A stretch of 64,000 nt of DNA from positions 4,838,001 through 4,902,000 of the forward strand of contig NC_087250.1 of NCBI RefSeq assembly GCF_037042905.1, in the 5' to 3' direction. Positions 14,076-27,134 of the stretch are shown here, piece after piece (the stretch's first letter is position 1; every line of letters starts with the position of its first letter). This DNA comes from Lytechinus pictus. Taxonomy: Eukaryota. Position numbers and translations under genes: made by a program. Under the pieces are notes generated by a model. It searched no databases. It saw only the letters and a list, made by a program, of their open reading frames with translations, and was not told where the DNA came from.

Positions 14076-14996
14076 GAAGAGTTTGTTTGCAAAAGAGGTT
14101 AGATCCACCTTAGACCATTCCGAGAATAATCGTTGGTTTTTTTTCTTCTCTCTCCCATATTGCAATATCCTATGAGGCGCCGATTGTACCAATATCATAT
14201 AGAACAATGATTTGTTATATAATCATTATTTATTAAATAATAACTATTATTTATATATAATTTACATTTTATTTGTAAAAAATTACTATTATATAAAATA
14301 ACATTTCTAATTATTTATATATAATTCCAAGTAATACTTCATTATTTGTAAATAATAATAGTTCGACATTCCATTATTTATAAATAATGATTGTTTGTCT
14401 TTCATTATTTATAAATAATGATTATTTGTTTTTCATTATTTATAAATAATGATTATTTGTGTTTCATTATTTATAAATAATGAAGTATTACTTGGAATTA
14501 TATATAAATAATTAGAAATTTTATTTTATATAGTAGTAATTTTTTACAAATAAAATGTAAATTATATATAAATAACAGTTATTATTTAATAAATAATGAT
14601 TATATAACAAATAATTGTTCTATATAATATTGGTACAATCGGCGCCTCATAATATCCTTATGCGGAACTAGATTGGCATGATAATATTATGAAAATATTG
14701 AAATATTGAAAAAATATGAAGACAGGTACATACAGGTTTATACTCAATTTTCTGTTTACATGGTAGGGCAGTAAATTCTATTACCCTACCATGTGAACAT
14801 AAAATTTGGTATAAACCTGTATGTACCTGTCTTCATATTTTTTCAATATTTTTTCCAAAAAACTGAAATAGATCTAACCCCGTTTAAAAAAGGGGATTTT
14901 TTTAATGGGAATTTCAACTTTTCTTTGGTATCCTCTTTTAGAGGATAATTAAATTGATGAAAAATTGATCTAACCCCTTTTGCAAATGAGCTCTTC
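14076..14996. mobile_element. Sola-like MITE carrying a nested palindromic insertion
   Basis: GAAGAG...CTCTTC termini with 4-bp TSD AAAT; uninterrupted relative at 3433-3848 and inverted relative at ~10706-11121. Confidence 0.7.
14172..14650. mobile_element. Near-perfect ~480-bp palindromic (foldback) element
   Basis: ATGAGGCGCCGATTGTACCAATAT...ATATTGGTACAATCGGCGCCTCAT; flanked by AATATCCT duplication; core of ~30-bp AT-rich tandem units. Confidence 0.85.
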
Positions 14997-16440
14997 AAAT
15001 ATAAGGCCAATTGTCAATTGCTTGCTTTTATCTCGAAAACATGACAAATAGGGCAAAATTGGGAGACCCCCCTTCCCCTCAACGTCGCGTGGAACATAAT
15101 GTTCCAATCAAATGCTTATTAATTCGTTCATCAACACTCGTGATTATGAAATATCGAATCCCCTCGGCATAGCTAAAACCTAATGTATGATGCAAAATAT
15201 TCATTATACTCATTAAACAGAAATTAATCATATTCCATGTTCTCTCCGGCTCTATTGTTGAACATGTTGACAACGCTCGTTACAAATCCCCAAAGTATAT
15301 CTTTTCAGCTGTTTTCGCTGTTTATCCCTAAGCTAATAACATCTACCGTATTAATGAATAGGAAACAAAACAATACCATGTGTTGTCTCAGTCTATGATT
15401 TGTTATGTGTTAGGTGCTGGAGCCTGGCGAGTACACATGTCATGAATATGAATGTGGAGGCATGCTCTTGCTGTTGTCTAGGGCATTCCTCCTTATTTCA
15501 TTGCTGCTTTTCAGGCTCTAGTACCTTACACAAATTAAAATTATTTTTGTTCTACATGTATGTTATGTTAAGCATTCACAAATTCTTTAGTCAGTCCGGC
15601 ATGGGTATTCAAATTCTTCCCAATACCGCTCTTTATTTTTTTTTTATCTTGCCTGGCGGTACAAACATGTTAATAATGTTTGTTGAATGTGTTTTATTTG
15701 AATTTTAATAATGTGTGATTTTATATACCGGAATGTGCAATACTCACTCAATGGTTTCAGTCTATGAGGGCTCGCATGCCTCTGGGCAATAGTATTGCAT
15801 TTTACTTTTGCGAGCCCTGGCCCATGGAAAAACCATTTTCTTACTCTTTTCTTCTTTGCTTTCATTTCTACAATTTTTGTATATGTTTTTTATGGCCAAA
15901 TAAATAATAATAAATAATAATAATAGTCATGAAAATCAATGTTTCTCCTCACATAATCATGGATAGATTATAGGCGCCGCTTATTCAACTTCTCATTGGT
16001 AGATTTATCAAATTATTTTGTTTGTAGTAATAACATTTCGCGAAAAATGTTATTTTCAGATTTAAATACTTTTTCAGATTTGTATTTTTAATATTTTATA
16101 AGCTTCAGAAAAAGACCGGAGTATCATGTATAATTTTTAGTATGGGGGTACAAAGGCATTGAGGGATCGATCGAGCTCTCATCATGCTCGTAGATTGCAT
16201 ACTTTTAGGAAAGAAAATTCTTTGTTTAAAAAAAAGATACGACGTTTATCTTTATAATATCACCACTTTATTTATTGATTGATTGAGTTAATTTATTAAA
16301 ATAATTTGTTTTATTTATTATTATTTATTTATTTATTTAGTTAGTTAGTTATTTATTTACTTATTTAATTTATTAATTTGTTGAAAATAATTAAACATCG
16401 ATACATTTCATAATTTAGAACAAAAACATCGGGGGTTGCT

Positions 16441-16666
16441 CAGTGGCGTACCCAGGATTTTCCAAAGGGGGACAAATTCGTCCGCCAAAAAATTTGACAA
16501 GCAAAAAAAAAAAAAATTTCTTCAACCACAAATAAAGGATTTCGTACCAGAAAAGTTAAAAAGAAGGGGCCACTTAGTGTGGCTCGTCAGGGATCAAATT
16601 TGACTCGTCAGGGGGTGTTGTGACTTGTCAGGGGGCAGTCTGCCCCCCCCCTTAGGTACGCTATTG
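16441..16666. mobile_element. hAT-like MITE
   Basis: CAGTGGCGTACC...GGTACGCTATTG termini; 8-bp TSD GGGTTGCT. Confidence 0.8.
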
Positions 16667-17129
16667 GGGTTGCTCATCCCTGCTATTGCAGATAATCTTC
16701 AAGCTCATTATCAGAATTTAATATTGTGAAATGACTTCACCGCGTTTGCAGATTACCTCCACAACGTTATACCACTTCAGCCGAAAGTTAGGCCTAAAAC
16801 GTGTAGAATTATCAAGGTAATCAAAACCGCGATAATATGCATTACTTGTGATGTTCCTAATATGCAGTCAATCCATTAGAAGGGGACAGCTGCTTCGAAT
16901 TGTCGAGTGCTTGATATCAAAACCCCAATAAATAAAACGTGTGAAAACTCAAATCCTGATGATAGATTACTATGAAAATGAATCATGCGTTTAAATAAAA
17001 CATAAAACTTTAGTATGATCACCACCATTAGTGACGTAATAAGGAATACACTTTGAGAGGCGAATGCGTGACATAATTATGGGGCAAAATTTCTAACCGC
17101 AGCGGGTGAGAGAAGCAAGAGAACAACCT

Positions 17130-17530
17130 CTGCGTACAGAAAATCACCTTAGTCTCCCAAAACCAAAGTCAAATAGCTGTAAACGGACATGTTTGTATAG
17201 GGGGCTACACTTTATAACAAATTACCAATTAATTTGTCGTCTAGTTCAACGATTCAGTCCTTTAAATCCAATATTCAATTGTATCTCGGTTTTCCATAAT
17301 CATTTTGCCTGTTGTTGCATTTTTTTTTTTAATGAGTGGGTAGGATGGGGTGATTTTTCTTTCTTGTCATGCATTTAATTAAGTTTTGTGTATATTTTTG
17401 TATATTTGTTTTATATGCATGTATTTATGTTTTAAAGGACCCCATGGAAGAACAGTGGTATTTTATTAATTCCGCTGAAATGGGCCATCGTCCATATGAT
17501 CTGTATGTTATGTTAAATTGAGCATGTATA
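17130..17530 (+). mobile_element. CR1/L2-clade LINE 3' remnant
   Basis: With one frameshift reads LPKPKSNSCKRTCLYRG/ATLYNKLP...IQSFK, resembling the usual ORF2 C-terminus, followed by a 3' UTR-like stretch. Confidence 0.7.
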
Positions 17531-17827
17531 TATCTTATTTTTAGGAAAGAAATACAAACAATACATCAAACAACCTAATTTTGTGATAGATTTGACATTA
17601 TTTTCAGAATATTTCACGATTTCCTTTCCTTTCGTTTCCTTTCCTTTTCTCTTTTTTGTTTTCTTGCTCGTGGAATTGACTGAAATCCATGCATGACATA
17701 GATACCAACTCAACCCCATCTTTATACCAGTGACATTCACTCTTCACCCATCAATATTAGAATCTTCTTCCTAAAACACTTTCGTTATGTTCATTATGTT
17801 TTAAACATAAATGCTGGCTTGACATGA

Positions 17828-20800
17828 TAGTCAAGTAGAACCCCAATATAACCGTCAAGTTGGGTATGACTGCATTTTTTTGCTGGAAGTTGTAGTATAT
17901 GGTGTCTACTCCAAGAATCCGACGGGTGCCACCTGGGCAGCCTTGGGCATTTTTTTATTGACGTCATAGGCCACGCCCACTTTTTGACATATCTCTTAAA
18001 TATGATTTTCATATTTTACGGAAATAACATGTCATGTTAGGTATCAAATTTAAGCTAATGAAAAATCAAATGCAAATATATGGATTAATGGGCATTTAAA
18101 TCACGGATAGGTCAGTAAAAGGTCGTTTAAGGTCATAAAAGGTCAAAATGCCTTACAAATATGAGTAAGACATGTAATGCGGAACATACCATGCTTTAAA
18201 TACAAACAAGTTAGGTATTATATGAGAATTATATAAGAATCAAATGGATGAGGAATTTCATTTTTCTGACGTCAGAAACCACACCAACTTTGAGTTACAT
18301 TCCTCTTAAATATGACTTTTCTATTTAGCGGAATAAGCATATGTTTGAAGTCACATTAAATAAAATTTAAGATAGAATCCATATAATACGTATCGCTACG
18401 CATTGAAAATGTATCCAGGGTAAGTAAAGGTCATTTAAGGTCATAAAAGGTCAAATTGGGTCACATGTAAGTAATGCAACAAATAATGTGTAATATAATA
18501 TGTTTGAACTACAAACAAGTTGGGCATTATTTATGTAGGTCTATTTTTGGCTGAAAGTTATGTTGAGGATGTGCAGATTAAGAGTCTGACAAAGGCTACT
18601 TTGGCAACCTTGGGCAACGTCATGTTCTGACGTTATAAACCACACCATCCTTTTCACATATAGGTCAACTTCTTAATTATGACTATAGTGTACAAAATAA
18701 ACATATCATGTTTCGTATCAAATTAAAGCTTATGGAACATGAAATGTACATTTAAAGGTTAGAAGAAAAAAATGAAGAACGTGTAAAGGTGGCCTTTAGG
18801 TCATTCACACGCATGAAAGGCTGATGATCGCTCGAGTTTCACAGGACTTTATATAAAAACCGTTTAATCTATCATTTTGTATCAAATCATTTCATGGGAT
18901 TCCAAATAATCTACACCAATTTAACATTTTACACCGTGCCCTGTTATATTCCTCTCACAACTACCATATGTACCATACCTCTTCGACCAGATGCTCGTCG
19001 GCGTAGGATTTCCCTTCACTAGCAATCTCAACTACATGCCTCTGCCAGATCAGTGTTTCTTCGATTCACACTTAATCCTTAAAAGTTATAGAACAGGGTG
19101 ACGCTGACTTGTATGGACAAGGAAGTTCTTTTAATTCCTTGGGAACAACCACTGTGTCACGAGTACGGGTAGGCTGAATGTCCCGTTCCATATACTATCA
19201 GCTATCTTCTGAAGATGTAATGGCAGTAGATGCATGTATTATTTTTCTCTGACGACACTAACATTTCTGTTCTACCAGTGTTCTCATTTTGGGTTTACAA
19301 GTCTTTTGCATACTGATGGAAAAGTAATTGACATGATAAACGTATGGCATTGAAGTTTGGAGAAAAATGATAGCTTTGCACAGATTCACTATCAGGTTGT
19401 GATACCATGTTGTGTCAATTTGGCAAAGGGAAAGGTTCTCCTCTAAACTTGATGCTCGAATAAGATCTTAATCTATAGTGTCTGATGCTGAAGAAGTCGA
19501 CTGGATCAAATAAAGGTGTACTAATATTTATACTTTTCATCTTTCTTAACTAATATAACCAATGTAATGGTCTCTCTAAAATTACTTAGCACTACTTCAC
19601 GTTACTTAGCAAGAAGACAGATGCTTGAAAGATCATGAGCCTGCCCCCAACTGACAAGTCAGCAAAATAGCATGACTATCGAAGGTGCTCTTCCTCAGGA
19701 GCTTGATCTGGAGAGCAACTGATCAGAATGACTCCCCTGCAGCTTGCCTCCCATGTATGGATGGGAAGTATAAGTTAGGAGGGCACTCCTGTACCTGTTC
19801 ATAGCACATTAGTTACTCCCAAGTAATAATTATCAGAACTTGTTCCATGTGGATTTAAATCGAGGCCACCATGCTCTAGGGTAAGCATTTGCCACTTATC
19901 GTGTATCGTTTGTAAATATTGTGTCATTCTAAATACAAGGAAACTGAATATGCAGTTGAGACTTAAGAGGGGGAAAGCAGTTTGGAAGATGAATGAGAGA
20001 ACAAAATGTAGTAGAGCTATAGGATGATGTAAAATGTCAAATTTGTCTAATTGGATACTTGTCTAAAATCTGAATTTTTGTTGTAAAAGTAAATTTCTTA
20101 GGTGGCTCAAACATGATTGATATTAAAACGGAAATTGTGTGTAATACATTATTTACTGTGTATGACTCTGTCCTTGATTATAGTTAATATGTTTTTACAG
20201 AAAACTAAAACAAATTAATAAAAAACTGTGCAGTTTTATTTCCTGTAGGAAAATGGGTGATATGATATCAAGTTTATGTTAAATGTTTTGATTAAAGTCT
20301 TGTTACATTGCCTGACATCACTTGACTAACCATTAACATTACTGCACTAAAGGTGATCTTGTCATGTATTTAATCTCTTGTAACTTTTAAAATTGCATTT
20401 TACTTGCCACAAGCTTAAATTAGTTACAAAACACGATAAGTTTATTCTATAAAGGATCACATTCTGTCAATCTGTCATAATTACTTATAGGCCATATGTG
20501 AAAAGTGGGCGTGTTTCGTGACGTCAGAAAATAGAAATTGCCAAAGGGTGAGCAGGTAGAACCCGTCACATCCTTAATGTGCACACCCTCAATCAAACAT
20601 GAGATATTCCACATTATTTGTTGTATTGATTACATCTGTGGCCCAGTTTATAATCTTAAAATGACCTTTAATTGTCCTGGAAAAGATTTAAATGCCTAGT
20701 GATTCATATATTTTGATTTTATTTTGAATTTGATTTGAATTTCTTCCTACCGGGTACCCATTTACCTTACATGGGTTGAGTGCAGCACAGTGTGGATCAA

Positions 20801-21836
20801 TTTCTTGCTGAAGGAAATTACGCCATGGCTGGGATTCGAACCTACGACACTCTGTTTCAAAGTCAGAAGACTAATCCACTGGACCACATCTTGAGGAATT
20901 TCATTTTTCTGACGTCATAAACCAAACCAACTTTCAGATACATTCCTCTTAAATATGACTTTTCTATTTAGCGGAATAAACATATAATGTTTGAAATCAT
21001 GTATCTCCTCATTTCCATATACGCTTAACTTGATACTATTTTATACAAGCTTTTAATATATCATTATGCTGAGGTAAAATTTATCTTGTACTCATACTTT
21101 GATTTGTATCTGTATTTGATTTATATTTGTCATGGAAATGAAAATAAACTTCTTGAATCTTGAATCTTGAAATCACATAAAATAAAATCCATATAATACG
21201 AATCGCTACGCATTAAAAACATGTCCAGGGTAATTTAAGGTCATAAAAGGTTATTATTAAATATGACTTTTCTATTCGATATCAAACATAATATGTTTAT
21301 TCCGCTAAATATTCAAGAGGAATGTGCTGGTGTGGTTTATGACGTCATATGAAATACAATTCCTCAAGATGCCAAAGTAGCAGCGGTCGGATTCTTGATG
21401 CACACCCTCAGCTTAACCTTTGCCAATAGATTCACATAATATGTTTGTATTTAAAACATGATATGTTCCACATTATATGTATTACGTACATTTGCAAGGC
21501 AATTTGACCTTTTATGAACTTAAATTACCTTGAACTGACATATGCGTGCTTTTAATGTCCAATGATCCATAAATTTACATTTGATTTTTCATTAGCTTTA
21601 ATTTGATACCAAACATGACATGTTTATTCCTTAAAATATGAAATACATATTTAAGAGGTATAATGAAAAAATGGGCGTGGCTCATGACGTCAATAACAAA
21701 AAATGCCCAAGGGTGCCCAAGTGGCATCCGTCGGATTCTTGAAGTAGACACCCCATACTACACTTTCCAGCAAGAAAATCGCAGTCATACCCAACTTGAC
21801 GGTCATGCAATATTTTTTATCATATCTACCCGACTA
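17828..21836. mobile_element. Academ (AcademX-type) DNA transposon relic with long TIRs
   Basis: Termini TAGTC...GACTA flanked by 3-bp TSD TGA/TGA; imperfect inverted repeats of several hundred bp (e.g. ACCGTCAAGTTGGGTATGACTGC / GCAGTCATACCCAACTTGACGGT); internal decayed XPG-like and Cys-finger coding remnants. Confidence 0.8.
19190..19930 (+). pseudogene. Decayed Academ transposase C-terminal part (XPG/FEN-like nuclease and Cys zinc finger)
   Basis: Frameshifted, stop-containing remnants in the expected order: SDDTNISVL (19248), LSGCDTMLCQFGKGK (19389-19433), SLPPT (~19640), LIWRA (19703), YGW (19756), CGFKSRPPCSR...LSC..C..C (19848 onward). Confidence 0.75.
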
Positions 21837-23391
21837 TGAAGAATATAAAATGGAAGAGAATCAATAGGCCCTAAATGTTTACTTGAATCATTTAATGTAT
21901 AGGCCTATAGTTTTACTCTGAGGATTATTGTCATTGGTGTTACTGTTGTTTTTTATGATGATGATGTTGCTGTTGATGGTGAGGGTGGTTTAGGTAGAGA
22001 CAAGCCTGGGAGGCGCTACCGGGGGGGGGGCATAGGCGGGGGCGCCTCCATTGTTTTGTTAAAGGGTCAATATATGAGAAAAGAGATTGGGTGAAGGAAC
22101 AAAAAACTATACAATGTACACCCTGCCCTCCAATTTCGACTTTTGTACACTGAGTGGCCCGTAGGAGAGGATAGTCTCGCACCCAGGCCCTCCCCCAACC
22201 AGGACCCTAACTTTCAAGTTCAAGTTCAAGTTCAAGTTCAAGTTTTATTTTCCATTTCCATTATCAACATTATAAGCAAATACAAATCAAACATACATTA
22301 TAAATATAAACAAATACAAATGAAATATGATAACAATGATTACAAATCAATTACAAGTTCCAAAACATTTGTAATATAGGTTTAACAGAATCTGATATGG
22401 AAATGAGGGGATCCACTAAAAAGCATTGCTTGTAGAGCGTAGATCCCCTAAGATAGTATATTAAACATTTGAAAAATGGGACTCATTCGCAAGTGTAAAT
22501 ACAATAAGTTAAAATAGAATATTGGAAATAATAATAAGATGGTGAGTAATAGCGAGAAATTATAAAAAGATGACAGAGATACGGGACGATACAAAAAACT
22601 AAAAAGAAAACAAAGACATGACGAAGAATATACGAGGGGAGAGAGACTTCCTGTCCATATTCATCACCATTGGTCGTCTGAATAGATTGCGATCTGTCAA
22701 TTCGTATTTATTTTAAATTTTAAGAGGAACAGGTGCTCGGCTTTTACTAACATGGTAATTTTCGGATAAAACAGGCTTTGTGGATAAAACATCCGACAAT
22801 TATTCATTTCGCGAAACGCCCCCAGAATTGAATACAGGTACCTAATTCTTAGGGGCAAATTGTTACTAATCAATCGCTTCCAACATTCCTATCACACCCG
22901 CATGGTATGTATAACGGGTTTTCTTTCTCTCTCTCTTTCGAGTGAAAATTCAGATTGACTAATCACGTGATCATCATTCCTATCATGTAACACTCAACTA
23001 TGGTAATCATAAAAGATCTAATTTTATCCAAGGTAGGGAATTATTAAGCTTTCAGCTCATTGGGTGATTTCATGTACAGGGTGGACCTTTTGGTGTTGGT
23101 GTTAGGTCATTTTTTACACGATTATAACACCAAACGTAAAATGAAGATGGTCCCGAAAAGTCACTCACTAATTGTTGAGATGTCAGTTATATGATCTGGA
23201 TCAGTTTTACAAACTCTGAATAAGTTTTGGAGCTAGGGGAAGCAATCCAAATTTCAACACCAACACCAAGGCCAACACCGGACTTGAAATCACCCAGTTT
23301 CCAGCGAGTCCTGCAGAACATTATGTTATCATGGTTATTATTACGTGTTACGAAGACAACACGCGTGATGTCCAGTTTTGAATTTTTGGTA

Positions 23392-23639
23392 CATTGCAAA
23401 AACACCGGCGTTAATTTAACACCAGCCTTGTATCTATATCGGTCCACACCGGAGAAACGTTGAATCAACACCATTTAAGAATTAAATCGATATTGGTTTA
23501 ACACTAATTGGTGTTGCTTAAATGCCAAATTGGTGTTAGCCTACGTCAAACCGGTGTTGATAAAACACCTCTCTGGTATTGTCCGATATATATATAGATA
23601 CCAGGCTGGTGTTAAATTAACACCAGAATTTTTGCAGTG
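23392..23639. mobile_element. TA-flanked MITE, 571 family
   Basis: Same TIRs and AACACC/GGTGTT subrepeats as 571. Confidence 0.8.
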
Positions 23640-25170
23640 TATGGCTCCTCTAGGGCTCGAACCCACGACCTCCCGTTCATGAGGTGGGCGTTCTTACCGC
23701 TCCACTATCATGACAATGATCCCACGTCCAATCAAAGTAGAAAAATTCCCCAAATACGTTGCGATAGTTGTCTTTATGTACTATCAATCCTTCAACATTA
23801 TTTATAAGAAATTAAATATGTTTTGTAGGCCTATAATGTAAAGTACACTCAATCTTGTTTGGTCATCTTGTTTTGTCATCACTCACTGGTCTGACTAGCT
23901 TTCTATGGGGGCTGGTGCCCTTGTTTTCTAGAGCTCCTTGTGAGTACTGAGCTGACCGGGCTTGCTCCTTAAATTGTAGGTGAACGGAGCAGCAAGCCGG
24001 GGGCCACCAGTCCCCACCAGGATGTAGCTAAGAATTCCAGTGGATGATGCAAAGCTGTACCTTTTCTCTTATTTTTTGTGGTAAATAATTGTATTTGTAG
24101 TAACTTAAGATCTCTTTGTTGACTTCGTTTACATTCATATTTGTAGAACTTATATCTATTTCAAAAGGAATTATTGCTGGACCAGAACCATGAGCGTCTT
24201 TGGACGGTGTGTGCGCACAATAAGACACCATTATTATTATTTGTGTTAAAATTTTCTTTCTATAAATAGGTATACCAGGGGTCTTATAGTGTTTACCCAC
24301 AGAGTGAGCGAATGTCCTACACTTTGATATTGAGTAAAAATGCTCCATGAGGGTAATTATGTCTCCAACCAACATTGGGCATTTCTTTTGGGCTTTCTTA
24401 ATTATCAAGTGTGGTGAAGATTTTGCCCATTCTAAAGTAATTGCTGCTTATTTTTTAACCTTACTGGACAATATGCTTCCCGCATTGGGTTAAATATTGC
24501 CCCTAAGTGGTTGGACACATAATTACCCTCGTGCTGGTTAAAATTTTACCCAATATTTTTTTCAGTGTAGTAACTAAAGAAAACTTTAGGTGCATGTTAA
24601 GAACAGATATGAATAATAATAATAATAATGATAATAATAATAATAATAATAATAAAGGTATATTTTCCCAAGGTAGCCACTTCAGTTCCGAAAAATGTTC
24701 TCCCAGCGGGCCCTGCTATTATTACCCGGCTAAGCTAGGCTACCTATTCGGTGAACACAGCTTTTTGAGGAATTACTTCCTGCCGGTACCCATTAATCTA
24801 ATCTAATCAATATATAATTATTGATTTTCAACCTAAACAGAATAATTTAAGATTTGTTATTTTTTTAATTGTCAAATTAACAGCTTTATATGTATACTGT
24901 ATACCGCTACATACATATGGAATAACCCAAAAGAAACGGACAATACACAACAAATAAATGTCTTTTTTTCTCAAAATCTATCCAAAAAATCAATTGGATT
25001 TTAACAAAAAAGAAAGCAAAAATTGCACAAAAATAAATGAAAATAAAACAGACTTATAATTCTTCAACCAAACAAGGAAGATATACTATAGGCAAACTCT
25101 CACGTGTTATAACTGTTTAACGTGGCATTGAAATTAATACATATTGATTTCTTTTCATGAGATATATATA

Positions 25171-26054
25171 CAGTGCGTATCAAAAAAAGGTTTACACTTT
25201 TAAAAAGCCCTGGGAATTAAAAAATATTCAACATGTGGGTAATTTTTTCACATATAATCTTGGGTTTGGGTCTCATTTATCCAATGAAATTAAAAGTTTT
25301 GACAAAATGTTACACTTGAGTGAGCACTGTCCATTTTTTGAAAGCTCGCAGAAATATGTTTGCGCAGAAATGCTCGTTTTTACGCTGTGTCAAGGGGAAA
25401 GGGCGAAATCAAACTTACCCTGCGAACCATTTCTCATACATTTTCCTTGCACTTTTAGTCAATTTAAATTAAACGGATACATTCATTCATTTTGTAACAA
25501 TTTTGCCACCCAAATTGAAATTTCAACACTTAGTAAACACAACCTTTCTTCACTAAATTTTTATCATTTAAAGTGGGTTTACATTTCATTTTGCATTCAA
25601 TACTAGTTTCTTTACACTTTTCCCAGGCTTGACAATGATTAACAAAAGTGTAGAGCAAATATCGTCACGGTCACGATGGCCTCGTCGGTGTGTGGTGGAG
25701 TGGGGTGGGGCGCAATTATGCACTCTTCGAAGTGTTTTTGGCAAGGAAACGGGTTAAAAAGGTAAAAGTTATCTTCAAATCAATCTTACTAGCTAAATTC
25801 CACGTGTTCTTTATAATTAAGGTCTAATTTTATTCGCATAACTATATCAAAGTTCTGCGCAAATCATGTTTCACTAACTTTTCAAAAGTAAGTGGTGCTC
25901 ACTCAAGCGGTAATATCATTCAACAGTTATATCGTCATTTGCTTAAATGGATCTGTACCAATACTAAAATGTGGAAAATCTTCAGGATATTGCAAATGTA
26001 TAATTTTACATGTTTTTTTTTCTAATTGTAAACCTTTTTTTGGTATACGCACTG
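25171..26054. mobile_element. Tc1/mariner-like non-autonomous element
   Basis: TA|CAGTGCGTATCAAAAAAAGGTTTACA...TGTAAACCTTTTTTTGGTATACGCACTG|TA. Confidence 0.85.
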
Positions 26055-26341
26055 TATTATATGGAAATGTATAATCTTCTTTAATTTGGAATATTTAATC
26101 CTGATTTAAAATCATTTCACCATTCTACCGTTTCTTTGATTGACAATGAGGTAATATCAAACGATCCCAAAGCCGGATCTACAAAATTCAAATTATGTTG
26201 ATATTTAAAATAAAATTACAATAAAATTAATTTCCGCTCTCCACCCTATACATTATTTTCTATGCCATGTTATATTTTCAATTCGGTATTTATCACCCGG
26301 TGCACATGTATGTTCGTGCCTCTGACGTTTTGTTAATTATA

Positions 26342-27134
26342 CAGTGCGTCCCACAAAAAACGACACCGAGATTTATCGATGATTTATCATAACTGAATCA
26401 CAAATACAATAGACAAATGACCTACCATTGTAAATCTTAGAATCTCCTCTTTCATCTGAAATTACTTAGATTATTTCTCATTCACGCATGAGTGAGCAAA
26501 AACAATTTGAAGAGGGGATACCAAAAAGTCATTTGGCGGGCTGTATCTGGGTTTCAAAAAGGAAACCACATTTTTAAAAAGTTCAATATCTGCTCTTTAA
26601 TTTGTTACCTCAATTACAGAAAATGGTCAAGAAATAACAAAGTTCTAGTTAAATAAGGCTTGAATTTCAATAATTTCATAAAATGAAGAGGTTTTACAGG
26701 CTAGCGTTCAAACTCACTCGACACTCCGTTTTGTTGACGATCAGCCATGCATTAAGTCTTTTGTTAACCATGCGATAGCTTCTGTGGGAAACCGGTGAAA
26801 ACACGTTTATTTAATGAAATTATGGAAATACAAGCATTGTTTCGAGGAAACATAACTTTTTTACTTCTTGACCATTTTTTGTGATTAAGGTATCAAATAA
26901 ATGAGCAGATATTGAACTTTTTAGGCATGTGATTTCTTTTTGAAATTCAGATACCCCCGCCAAATGAGTTTTTGGTATCCTTTCTTCAAATTGTTTTTGC
27001 TCACTCATGCGTGAATGAGGAATAATCTAAGTAATATCAGCTTTACAATGGTAGGTCATTTGTTTATTGTATTTGTGATTAAGTTATGATAAATCATCGC
27101 TTAATCTCGGTTTCGTTTTTTCTGGGACGCACTG
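26342..27134. mobile_element. Tc1/mariner-like foldback MITE, copy 1
   Basis: TA|CAGTGCGTCCCA...TGGGACGCACTG|TA; arms of about 300 bp; close paralog at 34275. Confidence 0.9.

Noticed and set aside
23642..23712. Minus-strand tRNA-like sequence
   Set aside because: Only a B box and partial arms remain; best read as a decayed SINE head.
25157..25606. 149-aa ORF as a possible transposase
   Set aside because: Starts outside and runs through the TIR; no DDE or HTH motifs recognisable.
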